Below are positions 6,681-13,770 of a stretch of 15,233 nt of DNA, piece by piece. This DNA is from a virus. The stretch lies in IMG/VR virus record IMGVR_UViG_3300045988_162231, positions 1 through 15,233 of that record; one strand, written 5' to 3'. A program made the position numbers and the translations under genes. A model generated the notes under the pieces. That model made no database searches. It was not told where the DNA came from and was given only the letters and a program-made list of their open reading frames with translations. Position 1 is the first letter of the stretch; each line of letters opens with the position of its first letter.

Positions 6681-6709
6681 ATATTATCATAATTTTTTAT
6701 TTTTGTCAA
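6681..6709 (-). promoter_or_regulatory. Orphan late-type promoter downstream of the last fibre gene
   Basis: The minus strand reads TTGACA (6709-6704), a 17-nt A-rich spacer, then TGaTAATAT (-10 at 6686-6681). 23 of 29 positions are identical to the holin/structural promoter at 12232-12260. No RBS or start codon follows. Confidence 0.5.
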
Positions 6710-6713
6710 ATAA

Positions 6714-7559
6714 TTATTGACCAGGTGTAATGTCTGATTGTTCAAAGGCTTGCAATAAATATAAAGAATTCCAGAAGAAAACTCTGACCTCTTTTGTTGA
6801 ACTATCGATAGCAAACCAAGTATCAATTTCAATAGTTCCATCAGTTTTAATTGTTATATTTGCAGTATCTGTTCTAGTAAAATTTTGTCCATAACACGTT
6901 AAAGCAACAGTATTAATAGTTATGTCTTGTGTTGGTCTTAATGGTGTATTTAATAATTTGATTTTACGTGCTAGCCCACCATCATCTGGATTATGTATTT
7001 GTAAAATACCATAAAGCTTAAAAATTGATTTAGTATCATCATATACAAGTGTCAATCCACTATTTCCAAAATCATTTCCACACGCAGTACCATTTACAAT
7101 ATTTCCTGTACTAGAATTAAAAATCATAGAATTTTTTAGATTAAATTTATCCAATTCATTAAGTGCTTTATTTGCATTTGTATTAGCATTTTGTGCTGTT
7201 GAATTAGCTGAACTTGCTAAACCGTTTGCTGTATTTGCTGTTGATAATGCTGTTTCAGCATTTTGTTTTGCTGTACTTGCGTTGTCATTTGCTGTTGTTG
7301 CTAAACTTAAAGCATTTGTTGCATTAGTATTTGCTCCATTTGCTGTTGTGTTTGCTTGATTAGCTGTTTCTAATGCTTGTGTTGCTGAACTATTTGCATT
7401 TTCTGCGTTTGTTTCTGCACTCTGTGCTTTACTGTCATTTGCTTTCATTTGTGTGTCAATTTTAGACATTGCTTGATTAAAATCACCTAACCAAGAAGGT
7501 ACGTCATTTGCTACAAATTGTGGTAGCTCATAATTTGGTGTTTTATTTGTTGAACTCAT
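6714..7559 (-). CDS. Tail fibre / receptor-binding protein with alanine-zipper coiled-coil stalk
   Basis: 281 aa with RBS AAAGGAGAT. It has a short N-terminal anchoring segment (NYELPQFVANDVPSWLGDFNQAMSKID). A ~100-aa perfect heptad stalk follows (aa 27-139), then a ~140-aa beta-rich C-terminal head. It is the last gene of the structural operon, in the phi29 gp12 position. Confidence 0.6.
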   Translation of the reverse strand: MSSTNKTPNYELPQFVANDVPSWLGDFNQAMSKIDTQMKANDSKAQSAETNAENANSSATQALETANQANTTANGANTNATNALSLATTANDNASTAKQNAETALSTANTANGLASSANSTAQNANTNANKALNELDKFNLKNSMIFNSSTGNIVNGTACGNDFGNSGLTLVYDDTKSIFKLYGILQIHNPDDGGLARKIKLLNTPLRPTQDITINTVALTCYGQNFTRTDTANITIKTDGTIEIDTWFAIDSSTKEVRVFFWNSLYLLQAFEQSDITPGQ

Positions 7560-7589
7560 AATAAAAATCTCCTTTCAAATTAATTTATT

Positions 7590-8477
7590 TTATGGCATTA
7601 AAATAGATTTGCCAGTAAAATCATAGTTGTATGCTGTAATATCTTTATCGTCGTAGTTTTGAGCTGTTAAGCTTAAACTATCATATTCACTTGCTGTTAT
7701 AGGATTTTCCTTATGGAAGTTAGCAAGTTGAATAATTACGTCTGTAATTAATGTATATTCTCCTGTGAATGGACTAATCATATAAAATCTAGGGTCGTGA
7801 CCTAAATAGTATCTAGCATATAAATCATAAGTTCTAGCACTTAAATTTTTATTGTCATATTCTTCTGCTGTAAGTCCTAAACTATCATATTCTAGTGCTG
7901 TTAGTCCGTAGTATCTTAAATATCCATACAAGTCGTCAAGGGTTGCTTGTAAATAATCATATTTACCAGTTACTGGGTTATAAACTTTTATACCATTTTT
8001 TGCTATGTCGTCTATTTCTTTTTGTATTTTCTGTATTTCACTATCGATATATATTTTAAGTAGACTATCTTGATTATCTAAATATTCCTTAATATTTGTT
8101 ATTTTATTGTCGATATATTTCATAAGTGTACTATTTATTTTTGCTATTTCTTGGTCTGTATATAGTTTTGCTTGTACCAGATTTTCACTAATTAATGTTT
8201 TTAGTTCATTATCGTTATTATCTATATATTGATAAATTGCGTCGTCTTTATTATCTATATAAGTTTGTAATTGTTTTATCTGTTCGTCGACATAATCAGT
8301 AAATGTATCAAAATTTAAGTCTTTTAGATAATTTTCTATATATAAAACTACACCAGCTAATTTGCATAGTCTTTTATATGTTGTTAAGCTGTCAAAACTT
8401 TCCTCAATAAAAGGAAAACTACCATTTTGACAACAACCCATAAAATCTAATGGTATTGGGGTAAAAGCTCCTATCAT
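7590..8477 (-). CDS. Tail fibre / appendage protein with 11-residue repeats and a duplicated C-terminal module
   Basis: 295 aa with RBS GAAAGGAAGTG. The N-terminus is FPFIEESFDSLTTYKRLCKLAGVV. A YIDN-type hendecad repeat region spans aa 62-160. Two copies of a ~54-aa module follow, each ending in three hTAxxYD decapeptides. Placement follows the lower collar gene. Confidence 0.55.
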   Translation of the reverse strand: MIGAFTPIPLDFMGCCQNGSFPFIEESFDSLTTYKRLCKLAGVVLYIENYLKDLNFDTFTDYVDEQIKQLQTYIDNKDDAIYQYIDNNDNELKTLISENLVQAKLYTDQEIAKINSTLMKYIDNKITNIKEYLDNQDSLLKIYIDSEIQKIQKEIDDIAKNGIKVYNPVTGKYDYLQATLDDLYGYLRYYGLTALEYDSLGLTAEEYDNKNLSARTYDLYARYYLGHDPRFYMISPFTGEYTLITDVIIQLANFHKENPITASEYDSLSLTAQNYDDKDITAYNYDFTGKSILMP

Positions 8478-8499
8478 TTATTTTTCACTTCCTTTCAAT

Positions 8500-9243
8500 T
8501 TAAGGTATCATATAAAATAAACTTTCTAAGTCTTTGTAAATTAATGAATATATACTTTGTATATTTTGTTGCATTTCCTTTAATATAGATATTTTATCGG
8601 CTGGGCTACGTTCTATTATTTCATTATATTTGTTGGTATCCTCTGAATTACTACTACCTTTAGAATTAGAACTATCTGTACTTGTTGCGTTGTTTGTATC
8701 GTAATTATAATTAGTAACATATTTACCGTCGCGAACATTTTCAAGCTGATTTTGAGGTGTGTTGCTCTCTCTTCTATCTGATATATTATTAGTATTAGAA
8801 CTTGAACTATTTTCTAATGTATTACTTGCTGTATTTATTCTATATTCGTCACCGTATCGTTTAGAAGTTTCGCCGTCATTAAAAATATCCCAATTTTGCA
8901 ACGCGTCAAACATTTTGTTATAAATTGGCATTATTTCGTTTAACTTCACATCTAGTTGTATTTTAAATGCTACAAATGTTTCGTACCCAATTCGACGCAT
9001 AAGAAAATGATTCAATATATTTGTTTCAAATTTATCCTTATCAATATTTTGGCTTAAAGGATAATTAAAATCAAAAACTCTTGTGTGTCCTTCTTTAGCT
9101 AAATCTTTTATTTTTACTTGTTCATTTTCTGCTTTACCAAAATTAAGCATTGAATCTAATATTTCATATATAGTTGGTGGTCTATCATCTGTAGGTGTGA
9201 ATATTGGGTTTACAAAAAAGTAACTATTAAAAAATGGATACAT
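8500..9243 (-). CDS. Lower collar protein (phi29 gp11-like)
   Basis: 247 aa. The start overlaps the portal stop (TAATG), matching the phi29 gene order 10-11. The size is typical of lower collar proteins in small podophages. The segment FLMRRIGYETFVAFKIQLDVKLNEIMPIYNKMF resembles the conserved N-terminal region of this family as I recall it. The central region is S/N/T-rich. Confidence 0.6.
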   Translation of the reverse strand: MYPFFNSYFFVNPIFTPTDDRPPTIYEILDSMLNFGKAENEQVKIKDLAKEGHTRVFDFNYPLSQNIDKDKFETNILNHFLMRRIGYETFVAFKIQLDVKLNEIMPIYNKMFDALQNWDIFNDGETSKRYGDEYRINTASNTLENSSSSNTNNISDRRESNTPQNQLENVRDGKYVTNYNYDTNNATSTDSSNSKGSSNSEDTNKYNEIIERSPADKISILKEMQQNIQSIYSLIYKDLESLFYMIP

Positions 9244-10109
9244 TATTCGTCAACCCCTTCCATATCAAAATTTTTGTCATCTTCGGGTTCTTCTATTGTA
9301 GAAGGTACCCCGTCATAATAACTAACTTCTATATTCATATTGAATTTTTTGTTTATTTGCTGTACTGCACGTTGTCTAGGCTCAAAACGACTAAATCTAC
9401 TTGCTATAGTTCCACCTTGCATTGCGTTTATTTCATCTTTTATATTACGCTCTTTTTTCTGATATGATAAATTTGAAATACCTATAAGCCTTAAAAATTC
9501 ATTCCATATCTTTTCTTGGTGTTGGTCTATTTTATCAGCTACAAATGGTGCTGGCTCTAATACAAGTGTCGTATCGTCCAAGTCTAAATTGTCATAGCTA
9601 ATTACAGTTTCTGCATTACTATCAACGTTATTCACTAAGTCTTGTATACTTTTTAAGTTTTCTGTTTTTGTCTTCCAAAAACGAGGTGTACGTTGCTGAC
9701 TTATATTTATGTCTGATGTTCTTGTGTTCATTGCGATACGTTCTGCATATTGAATAATATCTGCTAATAATGGATAATGTCCGTTATTATCGTACATTAT
9801 AACAAACTCACCATAATTCAATTTTTTGTTATATCTAGTATTTGAATATACTTGTATTTGTTTTGGTCTACCGTAAACGTCTAAGCCACCAAAATTGGTA
9901 TAAGGTAAGGCAAGCAAACCTAAAATGTCATCATAGAAAAATGCTATACTACCATTAATTACAAGCTGTGCGTTTAAATATGATACGTCAATAAATTCTG
10001 GAAGTCCTTTGAATTCAAAAACATTTTCGGCAAGTGATAAAAGTTGTCTACGATACATTAAATACGTTTTGTAATTATTAAGCTGACTATTAATAAAACG
10101 TTTTTGCAT
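9243..10109 (-). CDS. Portal / connector (upper collar) protein, phi29 gp10-like
   Basis: 288 aa with RBS AAAGGGGAAGGA. Matches to phi29 gp10: LSLAENVFEFKGLP vs LQSLAYQLFEWENLP; QEKIWNEFLRLIGISNLSYQKKERNIKDEI vs [30 protein letters not shown]. The C-terminus is acidic. Confidence 0.92.
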   Translation of the reverse strand: MQKRFINSQLNNYKTYLMYRRQLLSLAENVFEFKGLPEFIDVSYLNAQLVINGSIAFFYDDILGLLALPYTNFGGLDVYGRPKQIQVYSNTRYNKKLNYGEFVIMYDNNGHYPLLADIIQYAERIAMNTRTSDINISQQRTPRFWKTKTENLKSIQDLVNNVDSNAETVISYDNLDLDDTTLVLEPAPFVADKIDQHQEKIWNEFLRLIGISNLSYQKKERNIKDEINAMQGGTIASRFSRFEPRQRAVQQINKKFNMNIEVSYYDGVPSTIEEPEDDKNFDMEGVDE

Positions 10110-10129
10110 TTCTTATCCTTCCCCTTTCT

Positions 10130-10160
10130 AAAAATATAAAGGTAGCAAAATGCTACCTTT
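10130..10160 (-). terminator. Hairpin attenuator/terminator between capsid and portal genes
   Basis: The stem AAAGGTAGCA (10138-10147) pairs with TGCTACCTTT (10151-10160). It starts 1 nt after the capsid stop. On the minus strand it is followed by AUAUUUUU. Confidence 0.55.
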
Positions 10161-10161
10161 A

Positions 10162-11535
10162 TTATTCAGCAATAGTAATAGTAGCTGTTCCAGTTTTAGT
10201 ATTATTAAATATTGAAGTTGCTGTAACTGTTACTGTTGTTGCTGTTGACTCTTTAGCTACTTCTAATACACCGTTTTGATTTATAGAAACCCCTTTGCTC
10301 TCACTGTCACTATCTATAGACCAAGCAACTGCTTTATTTGTAATACCAGTTACTTCAACAACTGCTGTAAGTACAAGGCTTTGACCTTTTGTAACTGTAG
10401 CTGTAGAAGGATTTACAGTAACACTTGTTACTGTGCTTGCGTCTTTTGTAAATGCCAAGCATTGCTCAAATGGAGAAGTTGCAAATATTCTCCAGCTGTG
10501 TAACCACATAGTTCTTGATAATGTTTCTGGATTTCTGAATTCTGTAGACATTGTATCTGCTGTGTTGTCTAATGCGTAGTAATAATCTTTGAAGAAATTA
10601 TCACTTATGATTAAACCTACAGTATTTTTAAGTCTTGTAAGTTCATTTTCTGTAAAGGCTGTATAAGCATTACCTAATAATTTTGATAGTCTATCCCAGT
10701 CATTGTTTCCAAAACCGTCTATTAATGCTAATTTTGTACGCATTTCTGCATCATTTCTAAAGTAAGAAGTTGCTAATACTTTTGTAGACATTTGAGCTTC
10801 AAAACCAGTAGAAACAATAGTTCTTTGTCTATCAAATGGTGTTGCAAGTCTTAGCCCAGCTGGGTTATAGTTTGGACTTAAAAATGTCATATTATTAGAA
10901 TATTCTTTCATTATTGCAACGTTATCTCTTGAGTCGTTTGTGTCAAAGTCTTCTATTGTAACACTTGGAATTGTACCATTGATTAAACGTCTTTGAACTT
11001 GGTATTTATCAACTATATATCTATCATATACATAAGATTTTCTTAATGCTGTGTAAACTGCTTGTATTAAATCATATACACCAGTTTCATTATAAAAAGC
11101 TAATGCTATTTCTTGGTCATTTACTGTTGCCTTATAAAATTTTTGGAAATTTATTTCGTGCATATAGTTTAGAACATTTGGAACTTGTTGCTCTAAGAAG
11201 TGAGTAGGGTTATTCATATATTGATTGTAGTCTTCTGCTTCTATTAAATCTACAATCATTTCACGAACTGTTTGTCCGTATCTAATTTGTCCTTGGTTTG
11301 TGAAATCTTCCCAAGGGTTAGCCCACGCGTCACTTACGATTAAAGTCAATGCGATTACATTAACTGCATTTAAAAAAGCATTTTTGTATCTTGTATTAGA
11401 TACAATTAAATCACCTATTTTTTGTATGTCGGCTCCTTGTTGTGGTAAGTCTATTACTTCTTGTAACTCTGGACTTACTTGTGCCATATAATTTAAAAGT
11501 TTGGCACTACTTTTAGTTGCTAATGTTTTTGCCAT
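10162..11535 (-). CDS. Major capsid protein with C-terminal Ig-like (Big_2) domain, phi29 gp8-like
   Basis: Start moved from 11574 to ATG 11535 (RBS AAGGAGGAA at 11551-11543), giving 457 aa. The C-terminal ~88 aa (VTSVTVNPSTATVTKGQSLVLTAVVEV...VAWSIDSD...ATITIAE) form a typical bacterial Ig-like group 2 domain, as in phi29 gp8. The gene follows the scaffold gene. Confidence 0.88.
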   Translation of the reverse strand: MAKTLATKSSAKLLNYMAQVSPELQEVIDLPQQGADIQKIGDLIVSNTRYKNAFLNAVNVIALTLIVSDAWANPWEDFTNQGQIRYGQTVREMIVDLIEAEDYNQYMNNPTHFLEQQVPNVLNYMHEINFQKFYKATVNDQEIALAFYNETGVYDLIQAVYTALRKSYVYDRYIVDKYQVQRRLINGTIPSVTIEDFDTNDSRDNVAIMKEYSNNMTFLSPNYNPAGLRLATPFDRQRTIVSTGFEAQMSTKVLATSYFRNDAEMRTKLALIDGFGNNDWDRLSKLLGNAYTAFTENELTRLKNTVGLIISDNFFKDYYYALDNTADTMSTEFRNPETLSRTMWLHSWRIFATSPFEQCLAFTKDASTVTSVTVNPSTATVTKGQSLVLTAVVEVTGITNKAVAWSIDSDSESKGVSINQNGVLEVAKESTATTVTVTATSIFNNTKTGTATITIAE

Positions 11536-11539
11536 TTTT

Positions 11540-11842
11540 TTATTCCTCCTTGTCAGTATCTTTAAATATATCAACTTCCTCGACTTTTTCCTCTTCTTTA
11601 GGTTCGTCGATTTTTTCTTCTGTTTCTTTTTTTTCTGTTCCTAAAAATCTATTTTTGTATTTATTCTTAATGTCATCATATTTTGTTTTTAAGTCCTCAT
11701 TTTCTGCTTTTAAAGTTTCAACTTCTGAATTGTCTATTATATCCATACTATCTTCTACATCTTCTAATAATGCTATTTGTACGTCTTCATCTGTTACAGT
11801 TTGTACAATTTTTTGTTTAAGTTCATCTTTACTTAGTTTCAT
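11540..11842 (-). CDS. Scaffolding protein (phi29 gp7-like)
   Basis: Start moved from TTG 11860 to ATG 11842 (RBS GGAAGGGGTG), giving 100 aa. The protein is highly acidic, E/K/D-rich and helical. It lies immediately upstream of the capsid gene, whose RBS sits in its last codons. Confidence 0.7.
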   Translation of the reverse strand: MKLSKDELKQKIVQTVTDEDVQIALLEDVEDSMDIIDNSEVETLKAENEDLKTKYDDIKNKYKNRFLGTEKKETEEKIDEPKEEEKVEEVDIFKDTDKEE

Positions 11843-12197
11843 TCTCTTCACCCCTTCCAACTTTTAAAATTTCTGACAATTTACCTAAATGAATACCCGC
11901 CTTTGTTAAATTCTCAAAAATTGATAATATTTCCATTATTAATATATATATTGCAATAGATTTCATACAGAAATTAAAACCAAAAGTACTATCTAAAATA
12001 AAACCTAAACCAAGCAATAATAATAATAATACTTTATGCAATAAACCTGTTCTCATCTTTGTTGTGTCAACATCGTTATTAATAACGGCTTGTATAAATC
12101 CTGTTATAATATCAGCTAAACTGAAAACTAGTGGGGTTAATAATTGCCAAAACATACTAACGAAATTAAGGTTTGCTATAATATTTTCAATATCCAT
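11829..12197 (-). CDS. Holin (phi29 gp14-like, Phage_holin_4 type)
   Basis: 122 aa with RBS AGAGAGGTGAG. It has multiple hydrophobic spans. Matches to phi29 gp14: KMRTGLLHKVLLLLLLGLGFILDS vs KIKTGVLIKVSEMILALLAIPFA; IMEILSIFENLTKAG vs VSEIYSIFGHLRL. The C-terminus is charged. Confidence 0.85.
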   Translation of the reverse strand: MDIENIIANLNFVSMFWQLLTPLVFSLADIITGFIQAVINNDVDTTKMRTGLLHKVLLLLLLGLGFILDSTFGFNFCMKSIAIYILIMEILSIFENLTKAGIHLGKLSEILKVGRGEENETK

Positions 12198-12231
12198 TTA
12201 TCTCACCTCTCTTTCGTATTTACTATAAAAA

Positions 12232-12260
12232 TTATTAGCATAAAATTTTTGTTTTGTCAA
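12232..12260 (-). promoter_or_regulatory. Late promoter for the holin plus structural operon
   Basis: The minus strand reads TTGACA (12260-12255), a 17-nt spacer, then TGcTAATAA (-10 at 12237-12232). It lies between the upstream terminator and the holin RBS. Confidence 0.65.
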
Positions 12261-12261
12261 C

Positions 12262-12290
12262 ATAAAAAAGACAGTTTAAAACTGTCTTTT
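12262..12290 (-). terminator. Intrinsic terminator at the end of the lysin unit
   Basis: The stem AAAAGACAGT (12266-12275) pairs with ACTGTCTTTT (12281-12290) around the loop TTAAA. On the minus strand a U-run follows. The M23 stop codon (12276-12278) lies in the loop. Confidence 0.8.
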
Positions 12291-12845
12291 ATTTCGTAAT
12301 TTTCGAAAATAGATTACCCAAGGAAAACGTTTATTTACTTCTTGTACTGGTATTGGTTCGGGTGGAATTATACTTCCGTCGTATTCAATTATAGTATTAT
12401 CGACATTTGGAATTCCTAATATTGTACAAGGGTTTAAAAATGTTGAACAATTCCAACTTTGTGTAACTGAACATTCTAAATGTAGATGTATTCCAGTTAC
12501 TTTACCAGTCGCTCCCATTCTACCAATAATAGTATTTAAATCTACACTGTCACCTACATTTACTTGCAGGCTTCCTTCAACCATATGACAATATCTCCAA
12601 TAATGACCTTCTTCATCAAGTATTTGAGCTTGAACTCCTAACGAGTGTGAAGTAGATGTATTTATATATATAACTCTACCTTTTTTAACTGGATATAAAT
12701 AAGGGTTTCGTTCTGTATCACCATATGGTGCAAAGTCTGTTCCAGTGTGCCAACCGCACGAATAGCGACTATCTTTTACCCCAAAAGGGTAAGTAATTAT
12801 TGAAGTTGAATGTATAGGACTATTATTCATCTTAATAGTTGACAT
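12276..12845 (-). CDS. M23 family peptidoglycan endopeptidase
   Basis: 189 aa. The HxxxD motif (WHTGTDF) and HxH motif (GATGKVTGIHLHLE) match lysostaphin-type M23 peptidases. The ATG overlaps the GH25 stop (TAATG). The C-terminus is cationic and aromatic (KRFPWVIYFRKLRNKRQF). Confidence 0.9.
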   Translation of the reverse strand: MSTIKMNNSPIHSTSIITYPFGVKDSRYSCGWHTGTDFAPYGDTERNPYLYPVKKGRVIYINTSTSHSLGVQAQILDEEGHYWRYCHMVEGSLQVNVGDSVDLNTIIGRMGATGKVTGIHLHLECSVTQSWNCSTFLNPCTILGIPNVDNTIIEYDGSIIPPEPIPVQEVNKRFPWVIYFRKLRNKRQF

Positions 12846-13678
12846 TATAGACCCCCATTATATTTGACAAAACCTAGTTTTCGGTTTGTTACTTCACCTT
12901 TTGAATTTGTTACAAAATAACAAACTATATATTTTCCGTCTTTGATTCCATAACAGTCCGCATATTCTCTAGGATATATAGTACCTATTTTTTGAGTACA
13001 AGCTAAATCTTGATATACTGGTTCATCTGTACTTCCATTTCTCCAAGTTTTTGGCATATCGAAATCACCCCCAACATTATTTGAATTACTATTGTTAGAA
13101 TTTGAAACATCAATATAACTGTAATTCATATCAACTCTACCAGATATTCCACTAATTGAACCATCACTTGTATATTGCCATATATCAACTCGAAAATCTA
13201 CAGTATAATTAGTTTTATTCCATTCAGCAAGCCATATCTTATAATTAAGTAATTGGTTTATATCTAATTTATTAGTAAACCAATTCTTATTGGCATATAT
13301 TCCAGTATTTTCAAAACTTTGACAAAATTGGATTGCTAAATTAGTCATAGATTTTTTGTCTATATAACTTATTTGACTGTCTTCTAAATCTAAAAATATT
13401 GGGTATTCAAAACTTTTACCTTGTATTTTATTTTTTACCCAATTAATAGCACTTGTCATAGCCTTTGATGTTTCAACATAGCTATAAACATAGCAACCTA
13501 CTTTAAGACCTACACTTTTGGCTGAATTGTAATAACTTTCAAATTTACTATCTAGTGTGTGATTTTCTTTGTTGCCTATCCAACCTAGTCTAAGGATAAC
13601 AAAATCAATACCATTTTGTTTTAATAAATTAAAATCTACATTTCCATTATGTGTAGATAAGTCAAGACCTTTTGTCAT
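12845..13678 (-). CDS. GH25 muramidase endolysin with C-terminal SH3b-like wall-binding domain
   Basis: 277 aa with RBS AGAGGTGATAAA. GH25 hallmarks are present: GLDLSTHNGNVDFNLLKQNGIDFVILRLG, FLDLE, IWQYTSDGSISGISGRVDMN. An N/S-rich linker (SNSNNSNSNN) follows. The ~65-aa C-terminal domain (PKTWRNGSTDEPVYQD...GFVKYNGG) has an SH3b-like pattern. Confidence 0.88.
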   Translation of the reverse strand: MTKGLDLSTHNGNVDFNLLKQNGIDFVILRLGWIGNKENHTLDSKFESYYNSAKSVGLKVGCYVYSYVETSKAMTSAINWVKNKIQGKSFEYPIFLDLEDSQISYIDKKSMTNLAIQFCQSFENTGIYANKNWFTNKLDINQLLNYKIWLAEWNKTNYTVDFRVDIWQYTSDGSISGISGRVDMNYSYIDVSNSNNSNSNNVGGDFDMPKTWRNGSTDEPVYQDLACTQKIGTIYPREYADCYGIKDGKYIVCYFVTNSKGEVTNRKLGFVKYNGGL

Positions 13679-13770
13679 TTTATCACCTCTTTACAAAAAT
13701 TAATATATATGATATATTTGTTTCGACCAATTTCCATTTGTTGGTCTCCTTAAATTTTATTATATATAAC

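Noticed and set aside
9234-9467. 77-aa ORF on the plus strand
   Set aside because: It is antisense to the portal gene 3' end. The sequence is F/I/Y-rich shadow sequence with no RBS.
10276-10503. 75-aa ORF on the plus strand (and the similar 63-aa ORF at 11300-11491)
   Set aside because: Both are antisense to the major capsid gene. Both are Cys/Phe-rich nonsense-like sequence with no RBS.
11536-11574. Track N-terminal extensions (capsid from 11574, scaffold from 11860, ATPase from 3678, tail knob from 4919, right early genes from 14357 and 14677)
   Set aside because: The extended starts use TTG or GTG codons that lie inside or upstream of the real Shine-Dalgarno sequences. In each case a downstream ATG (TTG at 14668) has a strong RBS at the spacing (5-9 nt) seen at the other well-supported starts in this genome.
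11517-11867. 116-aa Ser/Phe/Leu-rich ORF on the plus strand
   Set aside because: It is the mirror image of the Glu/Lys/Asp-rich scaffold gene. Its low-complexity composition is the expected antisense of GAA/AAA-rich codons. It has no RBS.
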